DNA of 64,000 nucleotides, from NCBI GenBank assembly GCA_963803805.1, contig CAWDOD010000009.1, positions 191,322-255,321 on the forward strand. The letters run 5' to 3'. Shown here piece after piece: positions 10,508 through 20,048 of the stretch. The position numbers and the translations under genes are program-made. Numbering within the stretch: position 1 is the stretch's first letter; the number at the start of each line of letters is the position of its first letter. This DNA comes from an uncultured cyanobacterium. Lineage in GTDB: Bacteria > Cyanobacteriota > Cyanobacteriia > Cyanobacteriales > CAWCAG01. The notes beneath the pieces were generated by a model. It had not been told where the DNA came from. It searched no databases and saw nothing but the letters and a program-made list of their open reading frames with translations.

Positions 10508-11386
10508 TTAGTTTTGGCGGTCACTAACTTCTATATAATCATTAAAGTTTTGTTGATTGTATAGGTAAAGGTTGCGGATTGGGTAGGGAATACTAATATC
10601 AGCTTGATCCAAAGCTTGTTTAATGGCAATCATCGCTTTAGTTTGAGTTGTTCGCACTTCTTTTTGTTGAGGAATTGTCCAGTAGCGAACGACAAAATCA
10701 ATGGAACTATCTCCAAAATTGACTACATCTATTTCTGGACTAGGATCTTCTTGAACTCCTTCGACACTTTTAATTGTTGTCATTAAAATATCTGCTGCTT
10801 TGGGTAAAGGGGTATTATAATCTACACCTACTCCTAAGTCTGTACGTCGATAGTTAAAAGCTGTCCTGACTTGCACTGCACTAGTAAAGACAGTGGAGTT
10901 AGGAAGCAGTACTTTTTCTCCTTGATAGGTGCGAATGCTAGTGGTACGAATATCAATACGTTCTACTGTCCCTTCATAATCTTCAACGATAATCTGATCA
11001 TTGATGCGGAAAGGTTCTTGTATTAGTAATAAAATTCCTGCTAAAAAGTTCTTAAAGATATCTTGAAAAGCAAAACCCACCGCTACAGATCCAAGTCCCA
11101 AGGTAGCAATAACATCTCCTAACCTTAAGCTAGGAAAGGCAATAACGCTAGCAATTAAAATTCCTATCAGCCAAGTAGTTACATAAGCAGTCTTAGAAAG
11201 TAATAATTGCAGAGATTGACTGCGAATAGTTTTTCTGCCTACTTTGGTCGCAATTTGTTGAACAAACTCGGCCGCAAAGCGAGTTAATAAAATAATAATT
11301 AGTGCAGCAACCAAAGCCGGCAGAATTTTAACACTACTACCTACTAATTCTCGTAAACTGTCCTTGACTGTTTTAATCAACTCCAT
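10508..11386 (-). CDS. mscS: MscS-family mechanosensitive channel
   Basis: GLGSVAVGFAFQDIFKNFLAG, PFRINDQI, FGDSSIDF. Confidence 0.92.
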   Translation of the reverse strand: MELIKTVKDSLRELVGSSVKILPALVAALIIILLTRFAAEFVQQIATKVGRKTIRSQSLQLLLSKTAYVTTWLIGILIASVIAFPSLRLGDVIATLGLGSVAVGFAFQDIFKNFLAGILLLIQEPFRINDQIIVEDYEGTVERIDIRTTSIRTYQGEKVLLPNSTVFTSAVQVRTAFNYRRTDLGVGVDYNTPLPKAADILMTTIKSVEGVQEDPSPEIDVVNFGDSSIDFVVRYWTIPQQKEVRTTQTKAMIAIKQALDQADISIPYPIRNLYLYNQQNFNDYIEVSDRQN

Positions 11387-11406
11387 AAGTTAGATAAAAA
11401 TAAAGC

Positions 11407-11440
11407 TCCTGACAATTCTACACTAAGGCGATTGTCAGGA
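11407..11440 (-). terminator. Hairpin, likely terminator after the pmp3-like gene
   Basis: TCCTGACAAT...ATTGTCAGGA 10-bp inverted repeat with a T-rich tail on the minus strand. Confidence 0.5.
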
Positions 11441-11466
11441 CTAATTTTTATCTTCAATTCCGGCTA

Positions 11467-11625
11467 CTATCTTCTAAGAATAATCCAAACGGCATGAATA
11501 ATTCCTGGAACATAACCTAAGATGGTTAAAAGAATGTTAATCCAGAACTGAGGCCCAATACCTACTTGTAAAAATACTCCTAGAGGTGGCAAAAAAATTG
11601 CACAAAGAAGCCTGACTATATCCAT
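11467..11625 (-). CDS. YqaE/Pmp3-family small membrane protein (52 aa; absent from ORF track)
   Basis: Manual translation MDIVRLLCAIFLPPLGVFLQVGIGPQFWINILLTILGYVPGIIHAVWIILRR carries the Pmp3 signature. Confidence 0.93.
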   Translation of the reverse strand: MDIVRLLCAIFLPPLGVFLQVGIGPQFWINILLTILGYVPGIIHAVWIILRR

Positions 11626-11658
11626 AAAAACATCCTTTTTGATTACTACAATTTTACT

Positions 11659-13311
11659 TTATTGCCAAACAAGTACTTTAGCTTCATACTCTGGCAAATC
11701 GATTGTAATACTATTTTCGCCAACTTCAAGGTCATAATCGCCAGTCCATTCGTGCCAAGTACCATTTTCAGGGAAATGGGGAACCTCGTAGCCAGCAAGA
11801 TATTTATCTGAGAAGTTAGCCACCACCACAACACGGGAACCTTCATCATTCCAACGAGTATAGGCAACTACTTTGGCCTCTACATTTTCGTGGAAGAAAT
11901 CGATTTTTTCTGTGTATAAAGCGTGATTATTTTTGCGTAGGTTAACCAAACCTTTGTAGTATTCAAATAGGCTCTTATTGAGGTCGTTTTTTAGTAAATT
12001 CCAATCAATTTTAGTAGGTTCTGGATCAAGGGGATGATAGTCGCCGAATTCTTCTCCCATCCAGACTAAAGGTACACCAACTGCTGTCATCAACAAAACT
12101 ACACCCAACTTAAAGCGCTTAAAAGCAGCTTCCTCAAAAATCTCCCGGTTAGCTAACTCCACCATAATCCTTTCGTGGTCATGGTTTGTCAGATAGTTAA
12201 CTACATTAGTTGAACCTAAGAAACCCTGTCGCTTGCAATCAATGACATTTTTAAGTTCTTCTAATTCAAATCTATCACCGCAAATATGGGCTTTAATGGT
12301 GTGGTAGAAGCTGTCGTGCCAGCAGCCATCCATTGGTCCGTCTACATTAGTAATGCTGGGGGTTTCAGGAATATGTTCGGCGATGTTATAAAAGGGTTTG
12401 TTCCCGGCTGTTTTCTTGCTTTCTTCAACTATCCAGTGCATGAAGTCATAGTTAGCAATTTGCCTGGCTGCGTCGTAACGGACACCATCAATGTGGTATT
12501 CCCTAATCCAGAACCTTACAACATCACCAACAAACTGCCAAGCTGGTTTAATATCTAACTTCTCATCATAGAATTCGTAGTTAAACTCTGGTCCCCAGTT
12601 ATTGTCAGGATCACGGGGTTCGTGGTGATACCAGTAATCGTGGTCAATTTGAGTTAGGGGACTAGAAGCTTCTGAATGGTTATAGATACCGTCCATAATG
12701 ACGCGAATCCCTTTACCATGACACTCATCAATTAATTTCTTTAGTCCAGTAGTAGGACCATAACTAGATTCAGAGGCAAAGAAGTAACGGGGATTATAAC
12801 CCCAACTATACTCCCCAGGATATTCCTTAATCGGCATCAACTCTATAGCATTGATACCAAGTTCGGTTAGGTAGTCTAGTTTTTCGATAACGTGCTTATA
12901 ATTTCCTCTAGGGTTGGGGTCATCTTCCCCGCCGGAAAAGTCGCTAATATGCAGTTCATAAATAACTAATTCTTGGTCTGGTGGTAAAGGCTTGTCGTCA
13001 TGTTGCCAAACATAGGTATCAACAATTCTTTCACCATCTTTAATACGGACTATGCCATTTTGAGTAGGATTATCAATATCTATAGCGTAGGGATCTACCA
13101 CTTCTATCCATTGATCAGGTTCTAAGAACCAACTTTTAGAGCGTACCCGAAATTTATATTGGTAATCACCATCTTCTAACTCAACTTGGGTACGAAAGTA
13201 ACCCTTATCATCTTTTTCCATAGGAATATCTTCCCAGTCAGAAAAAGACCCAATTAAGGCAGCTTCTTTATTGTAAGGAGCTAGAAGCTTAAACTCAATT
13301 AAGTTGGCCAT
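11659..13311 (-). CDS. GH13 alpha-amylase-family enzyme with N-terminal CBM48 (branching-enzyme/TreZ-like)
   Basis: IYELH, ELMPI, WGYNP, DGIYNH, GVRYDA, IAEH, NHD conserved GH13 regions. Confidence 0.9.
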   Translation of the reverse strand: MANLIEFKLLAPYNKEAALIGSFSDWEDIPMEKDDKGYFRTQVELEDGDYQYKFRVRSKSWFLEPDQWIEVVDPYAIDIDNPTQNGIVRIKDGERIVDTYVWQHDDKPLPPDQELVIYELHISDFSGGEDDPNPRGNYKHVIEKLDYLTELGINAIELMPIKEYPGEYSWGYNPRYFFASESSYGPTTGLKKLIDECHGKGIRVIMDGIYNHSEASSPLTQIDHDYWYHHEPRDPDNNWGPEFNYEFYDEKLDIKPAWQFVGDVVRFWIREYHIDGVRYDAARQIANYDFMHWIVEESKKTAGNKPFYNIAEHIPETPSITNVDGPMDGCWHDSFYHTIKAHICGDRFELEELKNVIDCKRQGFLGSTNVVNYLTNHDHERIMVELANREIFEEAAFKRFKLGVVLLMTAVGVPLVWMGEEFGDYHPLDPEPTKIDWNLLKNDLNKSLFEYYKGLVNLRKNNHALYTEKIDFFHENVEAKVVAYTRWNDEGSRVVVVANFSDKYLAGYEVPHFPENGTWHEWTGDYDLEVGENSITIDLPEYEAKVLVWQ

Positions 13312-13479
13312 ATCTTTTAAGACCTTTTTTAAGCAAAGTTAAATGATTACTTTTTAGCATAGCTAAATTAGGCTCTTAGACACATCTCACTTGAGAAATA
13401 AGAAATGTTTCACTTCTCAGTAAAGAGATAGAGATGCTCGTTTTTTTATACTTTATAAAGCTGACTATTTAAACTAAAT

Positions 13480-13771
13480 AGATAATGTTGGTGGAATTTT
13501 CTACAAACTGCCGTCTACACTTACAGCACTTAAGGCGTTTTTTTCTAGTGTGGATATGACCCTTGCTCGGAATGCATTAGAGTTAAGCTGTCAGGCATTT
13601 AATTTACTTATTAGGTTTGATGGGGAGATAGGGGGATAGGGAGATGGGGGGAGGGTTTTAGGGCTTCTTTCCTAGTTGAGTAATAGACAGTTTAAATGCA
13701 CATCAGCTTACACTGGGGACAGTTAGCCATATAGATTATTAGGATTCGTTATTTACTCTAGTATGACTACA
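13480..13771 (-). pseudogene. IS1-family transposase remnant (InsA-type zinc ribbon) interrupted by a MITE
   Basis: Removing the MITE and one TA gives ATG GCT AAC TGT CCC CAG TGT AAC TCT (MANCPQCNS); after one frameshift it continues KGHIHTRKKRLKCCKCRRQFVENST; possible degenerate left end TGTAGTCATACTAGAGTAA. Confidence 0.75.
13584..13710. mobile_element. MITE with imperfect TIRs, flanked by TA
   Basis: TAAGCTGTCAGGCATTTAA...TTAAATGCACATCAGCTTA; closely similar copy at 23160-23262. Confidence 0.85.
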
Positions 13772-13840
13772 AGATTTTGCCATATCTGGATGTTCCCTGG
13801 GTTTTTCGAGACTATTCAATTCTAACTATTACCCACCTTC

Positions 13841-15145
13841 CTAAACAACTTCATTTCGCTTTCTATACATAGAAAAAATACGATAACTATCTAAAGAAAA
13901 ATCTTGATCTTCTTTAACTTTAATCAAATTATATTCAACTTCACTATCAGCGAAAATTGTGAAAATGATTTGGAAAATATCAAAAAAATGTACTAACCAC
14001 TTACAATCTTCTTCAGGGAAATCGTTGTAATATTCAATTAGTTCAGCAACTCTGGTTTCTAAGTGAGTGCGAGAATAGGGACAAAATAAAATCAGCTTCA
14101 GCATAATAATCACCAAAGATAGCCGATCTTCTTGAGACATGAGCAGAATAAATAGTTCCCCAGGATTATCTTCACTTTCTAAGGTTAAATAATCGATGAC
14201 GCGATTGCAACTACGCAATATTAATGAATCATCAAGATGACAATCATCGTATTCTTCATAAAGAAAATCCAACTTTTTGGTTAACTGATTTCTTACCGCT
14301 TTGGTATTTTTTTGTTCTTCTAGAGTATATAAAAGGTAGTTAGTTAAATATGTCTTGAAACTTCTGTAACGGAGTCCTTGGATTTGCTTGTTAAAAATAT
14401 TAGCTAATTTGTCATAATCGAAATTTCTTTGTTTGGCTAAGACTTTTTTAATTAGCTGTAGAGCTTCTTTACCAAGATTAGTCGGGTTTGCAACTGCATC
14501 TTCCCTGCTGAGGGCAGTCTCAGAACGAGCAGTATACATAGCTAAATCGAATTTAAACTTATTTCTTAGCTTTTGAGATAATAATTTAGCAGCTTCTCTT
14601 TGTTCTGCGGAGTTGTTAGTGTTGAGATATTGATTAACTAGTAGGTAAGAATTATATCTTTTGCTCCAATGTTCTGTTTCTGGGGCAGCTTGACTGCTTT
14701 TGAAGATATTTATTTCCGCAAAGTATTTGCTTGCCACAAAATGTTTTAGCCAAGCATAAAGTCGGTTGGTGACTTCATGGGTTGGTTCTTGCTCAAAGTC
14801 TTCATCTAAGAAAGCTTGAACAAAGTTTTTAATAGCTTCTTTTTGTCTGTCTCTTTCCCAGTTGTTAATTAAGATGTAGCAACAGCGTTTAATTGTATTT
14901 AAAAAAGCTTCTTGATCTTTGGCAAAAATAATTTCTGCTAAGGCCGCAACGGCTTCACTATTTTCTTCTGTGGCGTGATATTTGAAAAATAAAAGCTGAA
15001 ATTCTCTAAGTACTTCAGGCGGCTCTTTTTCGTTAACAAGAGTTAAAAAGAAGCTGTAAATATAAGCTTGAGCCAGATCAATCTTGGGCTTGAGTAATTT
15101 AGCCTTGTAACTTTTCTCTTTTTTGAGCTTCTCCATGCTTACCAT
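13841..15145 (-). CDS. Hypothetical protein (434 aa)
   Basis: Long ORF with host-like composition; no functional motif recognised. Confidence 0.75.
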   Translation of the reverse strand: MVSMEKLKKEKSYKAKLLKPKIDLAQAYIYSFFLTLVNEKEPPEVLREFQLLFFKYHATEENSEAVAALAEIIFAKDQEAFLNTIKRCCYILINNWERDRQKEAIKNFVQAFLDEDFEQEPTHEVTNRLYAWLKHFVASKYFAEINIFKSSQAAPETEHWSKRYNSYLLVNQYLNTNNSAEQREAAKLLSQKLRNKFKFDLAMYTARSETALSREDAVANPTNLGKEALQLIKKVLAKQRNFDYDKLANIFNKQIQGLRYRSFKTYLTNYLLYTLEEQKNTKAVRNQLTKKLDFLYEEYDDCHLDDSLILRSCNRVIDYLTLESEDNPGELFILLMSQEDRLSLVIIMLKLILFCPYSRTHLETRVAELIEYYNDFPEEDCKWLVHFFDIFQIIFTIFADSEVEYNLIKVKEDQDFSLDSYRIFSMYRKRNEVV

Positions 15146-15244
15146 ACTAGAGGAATGTCAACTTTCTTCTCAAGTTTTGACGGTTAAAGTTATTAATTAT
15201 GCTTATTGTTCAGGTTCTGGTATTTATTAGTTGTTGTAGCTATC

Positions 15245-15277
15245 AAAAAATTCTGCTCTGAAGAGCAGGATTTTTTT
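15245..15277. terminator. Bidirectional-type intrinsic terminator hairpin
   Basis: AAAAAATTCTGCTCT-GA-AGAGCAGGATTTTTTT. Confidence 0.6.
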
Positions 15278-15467
15278 GTTAACTATTTAAAATGCTTGGT
15301 AGTTGCTGCTGAAAATCCAAAAATCTGCTGGTTTATGCTAGTCTAATCTCATCTCTTCCTAGCTTAAACATATCCTATCTTTTGTTGAAAAGGCAACTCC
15401 GAACCCCCTAGCCATTTCTTCATAAGAAATAGACTAAGAATAAGTAATTTACTTACGTAATTACTTT

Positions 15468-16433
15468 TTAAGATTTACGAGATTTAACCCTATCTATCTC
15501 AGCTTTGAGCTTCTCAATTTGATTCTGTAGCTTCGTCACTTCTGCTTCTGAGGCTTTAGCCTCTACCTCTACGCTTCCTGGGGATTTGCGACCTTGATAA
15601 TTACCCTGACGAATATGATTGTATTCTTGAGATGTTGACCATTCCTGTAAGTAATGAATGCGTTCTACGGGAAAAGGATGAGTCGTAAAAGAATTATTGC
15701 CCCCATTGTAAAGCAAAAATTTATAAATTTCTTTGAAACTATCTTGGTCTAATTCTTGATAGCTTTTCCCTTGACGAATAAATTCAGATAAATTAATTTC
15801 CTGGGCGAATTTTGTACATCCCCCCGCTAATTTCATCATGGTTCTTAAAACCGTGGGAAGATCATCAATAAGTAATAAAGCTGCTCTGTCTGCTGAAAGT
15901 TCTGCTTTACGTCGCCATTCATAAAAAGCGTAAAGTAAGCCACTACTAAGAAGATTGCCTAAACCTAAAGTCATGTCTCCTAACATCGAAGCAGCGTTCA
16001 TAGCCCAAAGAGACATTTGCCTTAAAGTAGTATGTTCACACTTAATATGTCCTAGTTCGCTAGCAATAACTGTACGAATTTCTGATTCGTCAAGTAAGTC
16101 TAATAATCCTGTGTTCAGAATTATATGGGGTTGTTCTCTTCCTAAAGAATAACTATTAGCTTGAGCATTTTGGCTGATAAACAATAATGGTTCAGGAACC
16201 ACATCTAAATCCTGAATACATTCACGAGTGATTCCATAAATAGTAGAATATTGCCTTGGCCCTGCTTGTATAGCATTACCTAGTAAATAAACGTGCTGGG
16301 GCCGTTCGTAAAGAAACTCAACAAAGCTGCGGGAGAGAATATCAAAGCCGGGAACACGGCGCAAGGTTTGTTCTGCTTCTCGATCGAGGGGATGTATGAA
16401 GGCTTCGCTAGATATTCCAGGATAACTAGGCAT
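15468..16433 (-). CDS. M48 (Ste24/HtpX-like) peptidase homologue with degenerate zinc motif (SELGH)
   Basis: Paralogous to 20049-20924 (HPLD, NAY/NSY, AELSADRAALL, THPFPVERI) but reads IASELGH instead of IAHELGH; C-terminal coiled coil. Confidence 0.85.
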   Translation of the reverse strand: MPSYPGISSEAFIHPLDREAEQTLRRVPGFDILSRSFVEFLYERPQHVYLLGNAIQAGPRQYSTIYGITRECIQDLDVVPEPLLFISQNAQANSYSLGREQPHIILNTGLLDLLDESEIRTVIASELGHIKCEHTTLRQMSLWAMNAASMLGDMTLGLGNLLSSGLLYAFYEWRRKAELSADRAALLLIDDLPTVLRTMMKLAGGCTKFAQEINLSEFIRQGKSYQELDQDSFKEIYKFLLYNGGNNSFTTHPFPVERIHYLQEWSTSQEYNHIRQGNYQGRKSPGSVEVEAKASEAEVTKLQNQIEKLKAEIDRVKSRKS

Positions 16434-16575
16434 AGGCGGAGGATTAATTAATCCTTTTGATAGGTTGATAATTATAAAGCTAATTAAACTGTTTATGTAT
16501 ACATCTAAAGAAGCAAATTAACCGGATTTATTCCTAATCCCTAGAGAAAAGTTATTATTTAAGGCAAAAGATAAA

Positions 16576-17709
16576 GTGAAATTAGAGGTGTTTTGGCAAT
16601 ATTTAACTACTCCCCAAGTTTATTACCCACAATTAGCGAAAGTTACCGGGGGGGTTGCGACAGCAGTCTTTTTAGGACAGGTTATGCAACGTCAATTTCA
16701 GCTACCGGAATCAAAAAAGGGAGTACAAATTACTACTGAAGAAATGACGACAATAACTGGGTTGAGTCTGGTTGAGCAAGATTGGTCTAGAAACCAACTT
16801 CAAGAGCGATCGCTCCTACAAATAAGAGTAATTAATCAAGAAGCTGAACTTTGGGAATTTATCATTAATTGGCAACTTTTAGAAGAGCTTTTAACTAACT
16901 CTAATACTGTAGCTTCCACTCCAACAAAATTAGTAACAAAAGTAAAAAGTGATCCCTTCTTCCCTGTACGTCGCCAACCTATTTCTGTTCAAGTTACCCC
17001 TAATTATCAATTTAGTGGCCCTTGGCAATCTCCTCAAGAATTTGAAGAGTTTCAAAAAGCTTTATTAAGCTATGCCAAAAATTTAGGTTTTTCTAACCCT
17101 TCTGGTTGGGTATTTAAAATTGTTGATAGCATCAGCAAAGGAATAATTTCCCCCTATTGGGAAGAATTTAACCAAGGCATTCCTTTCGGTACAACTCAAA
17201 AAGTACAACAAGAGTGGGAAGTGGAACCAGGAGTTCCTTATCCAGCCCTAGAAGAAGAACGTACTCAATATTATGTTCAAAAAGGGGAACCCTTAGAAAA
17301 TGCTGTAGCTAGGGCGCGTGCAGACTTAAGAAACCCTGTTTTAGCCAAGGATCTCTGGACTGGTTTTTTGCGGAAGTGCGATCGCCTCGCTGACGAAGCA
17401 ATTAGAGCCAAAAAAATGGGAGTGACAACCCCCCATTTACCTTCTTCTTTTACAGCCAAAAATCAAGTAACTAAAGCAAGTGTTATCGCTAAGTTAGGGC
17501 AAATTGCCCCTCAATTTTCTTTACAACAAGAGGAACAAAACTCTCAAGCAAAGGAAGAGGAAATAGTACCTGAATCCCGCCCCAGCATTGAATCTTTAGA
17601 AGGGATGTACTACACTCCCATCGGCAAAAGCCTAGTTATTCAGCAAATCCACCAAAATCCTCACTGGGGTTACGCTATAGTCGAGGATAAAATTGTCGAT
17701 TTGAGTTAA
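16576..17709 (+). CDS. Hypothetical protein with N-terminal phage/plasmid replication-initiator-like winged helix
   Basis: YYPQLAKVTGGVATAVFLGQV...T.EEM...TGLS..EQ...R..L resembles phage replication protein N-termini. Confidence 0.5.
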   Translation: MKLEVFWQYLTTPQVYYPQLAKVTGGVATAVFLGQVMQRQFQLPESKKGVQITTEEMTTITGLSLVEQDWSRNQLQERSLLQIRVINQEAELWEFIINWQLLEELLTNSNTVASTPTKLVTKVKSDPFFPVRRQPISVQVTPNYQFSGPWQSPQEFEEFQKALLSYAKNLGFSNPSGWVFKIVDSISKGIISPYWEEFNQGIPFGTTQKVQQEWEVEPGVPYPALEEERTQYYVQKGEPLENAVARARADLRNPVLAKDLWTGFLRKCDRLADEAIRAKKMGVTTPHLPSSFTAKNQVTKASVIAKLGQIAPQFSLQQEEQNSQAKEEEIVPESRPSIESLEGMYYTPIGKSLVIQQIHQNPHWGYAIVEDKIVDLS

Positions 17710-17775
17710 AACTAGAGGAGTGGAGACAGTAACGGAGGTAGGGGGAGAAATTTTGAATTTTGAATTCTGACTAGC

Positions 17776-19410
17776 CTACCAGTCTAATTCAAAACTAATT
17801 TGAGGAATCAATTGCAACATCCCTATACCTAATTCTTGGGGTGAAATTGTTTTAGCTTCAAATAAAGCTACCAGATCAGCAATTTGAGGATTGCCGCGAG
17901 AAGAGCCTGTTAGCCCTCTAGCAATCACAAAGCTACAATAGCTTTCATTATTTTGACAGTTTTTTTCCCATTGCCAAAGGTCTTTACTAAAACTGGGATC
18001 TTCGCTCACAAACTCCCCAAATAAATATAAGTTACCATTAGCTGTTTGCAACATTCCTAAATCATAATTCGTTCCTGTTGAAGGATCTTCTCCAGGGTTA
18101 AAACAAATTGCTTTCAATCCGCCATCAGCTTTAATTCGTTCCACAATAGCTTTAGCTTTAGGTAAAGAAGTTTGCACTAAAATTGCTGGTATTCCTTCCT
18201 CTAATTGAGGTGCTTCTTGGGATTGATAATACTTCTTTTCATGGCTACGCACTGCTTCTATCCATTGGGGAGAAACCATTCCCAAACTACGCCAAGCATC
18301 TTCGGGAATTAAGTCATCTTTGAGAGGTAGAGCATCTTCTTCTGAGTCAAAGTCTTCAACCTCAGCTTCTGCCATCAAGTTCAAAAACTCAGAAGCCAAC
18401 TCTGGCATAGTCGCAACTTCTACGGTAACTGTTTTTGAGGATTGACCTTGGGGCAGAGGAATACGGTAACGCTTATTAAAGGCTTCAAAATCATCACTAT
18501 CTATTAGATCGTAATGTTTATTCATGAACCTTGCTAAGGCTTTTAGGGCGACATAAACTACCAAAGCTTCTTCTTCATCTAAAAAAGGTCGCATCCCTTC
18601 ATAGGGGTGTATACTGCCGAAGCGAGGATGAACATCTGATGAAGGTAGTTCAACCAAATTATCTTCAGTTTCTAACTCATCTTCAGGAAGATCAAAGTTG
18701 ACAAACCAACAATCTTGGGTTAGAAAAGCCTTTTCTAAAAGCTCTAAGGATTCCTCTGCTATAACAGCAGAACGAAAGCGGCGCAGGGATTCTAAGGAAC
18801 GGTAAAAAAGCACTCCGTACTCTCTTCCTAACATTCCCATCACAGAAACATAGAGAGTATCAATATCCCAGCGATTCAGCTTAATGGCAATAATATTATG
18901 ATCTGCGAGTATTTCCCAAGGAGCTTCTTGCCAAATTTCATCGGCGGTTTGCCACAACAATTCCTGATACTGGTCAGGAATTGTAGGGGGGCTGTTGTCA
19001 CTGAAGGAGTCTAAACCATGGAAAAATTCATCTATAACAGGCAGTTGAGGGACATAATCAACGCTGATATCTAAACCTTGTAAAACTCCCCGTAAAAGAA
19101 ATTGTATTTCGCGATCCCGCAGGATAATTTTTTGAGGACGGGCTGGTTGAGCCGGACTTTGAGGAGTTTCTATCGCTCTTAGCAAAGTCCTTACAATAGC
19201 CTCCTGTCCCATTTCTGGGGAAACCAAATCCATAGCTCTAACAATACCTTCTGAGCCATCTACCCAAATAATACATTGCTCATTACCTTGGGCTTCTGGG
19301 TCAATTTTTTTGGCTAAACTTGACAAGGGACGACAATCACCTTCCCAAACGCTATTAATTTGGGGTATTTTCTGGAGACGACGCTTAGTCGTGGGATTTA
19401 GAGCGCTCAT
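17776..19410 (-). CDS. Conserved cyanobacterial hypothetical protein (probably DUF6930/DUF7309-like)
   Basis: 544-aa ORF with WEGD.R, PW..L and VMGMLG.EYG motifs; family assignment from memory. Confidence 0.6.
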   Translation of the reverse strand: MSALNPTTKRRLQKIPQINSVWEGDCRPLSSLAKKIDPEAQGNEQCIIWVDGSEGIVRAMDLVSPEMGQEAIVRTLLRAIETPQSPAQPARPQKIILRDREIQFLLRGVLQGLDISVDYVPQLPVIDEFFHGLDSFSDNSPPTIPDQYQELLWQTADEIWQEAPWEILADHNIIAIKLNRWDIDTLYVSVMGMLGREYGVLFYRSLESLRRFRSAVIAEESLELLEKAFLTQDCWFVNFDLPEDELETEDNLVELPSSDVHPRFGSIHPYEGMRPFLDEEEALVVYVALKALARFMNKHYDLIDSDDFEAFNKRYRIPLPQGQSSKTVTVEVATMPELASEFLNLMAEAEVEDFDSEEDALPLKDDLIPEDAWRSLGMVSPQWIEAVRSHEKKYYQSQEAPQLEEGIPAILVQTSLPKAKAIVERIKADGGLKAICFNPGEDPSTGTNYDLGMLQTANGNLYLFGEFVSEDPSFSKDLWQWEKNCQNNESYCSFVIARGLTGSSRGNPQIADLVALFEAKTISPQELGIGMLQLIPQISFELDW

Positions 19411-19616
19411 AGAACCTCGTCAGTTGCTCGGAAAAAAGGTTTCCTATCAAGCCAGTTTCCTATTGGTATGTAGTTAGTATAGGAAATAAACTAACTTTTT
19501 CCTTGGCATCTAGAAATTCCTTAGCAAAATTCCCAGTTAAAATGAAAGTATAAAATTATTGGGATACTAAAATTTAACTCGGCAGTTCAAAACAATTTAG
19601 GAGTTACTCATAACAG

Positions 19617-19973
19617 ATGACACAAGCAACTAAGCTACCTCAAAAAGGCATTCAATTATCAGAAAATGCCCTTAAGCACGTCATGATGCTTAGAAATCAA
19701 CAAGGAAAAGACCTCTGTTTGCGGGTCGGTGTACGCAATGGCGGCTGTTCGGGAATGTCCTATATGATGGACTTTGAAGAGCCTAGTAAGATCCGCGATG
19801 ATGATGAAGTTTTTGATTACGATAGTTTTAAAATTATTTGTGATCCCAAAAGTCTTCTTTACCTCTATGGCTTGATGCTTGACTACAGTGATGCTCTCAT
19901 TGGTGGTGGTTTCCAATTTACCAATCCTAATGCCAACCAAACCTGCGGTTGCGGTAAGTCTTTTGGGGTTTAA
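19617..19973 (+). CDS. iscA: A-type Fe-S cluster assembly accessory protein (IscA/SufA, Ycf57)
   Basis: GGCSGMSY and [12 protein letters not shown]. Confidence 0.95.
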   Translation: MTQATKLPQKGIQLSENALKHVMMLRNQQGKDLCLRVGVRNGGCSGMSYMMDFEEPSKIRDDDEVFDYDSFKIICDPKSLLYLYGLMLDYSDALIGGGFQFTNPNANQTCGCGKSFGV

Positions 19974-19996
19974 AGAACTAAACTATTCTTATTCAG

Positions 19997-20028
19997 GAAC
20001 GACCCTAGACTTTGAAGTTGGGTCGTTC
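19997..20028 (+). terminator. Hairpin between iscA and the M48 gene
   Basis: GAACGACCC...GGGTCGTTC inverted repeat with a weak U-tail. Confidence 0.45.
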
Positions 20029-20048
20029 TTAAACAAACAATTAACTCA

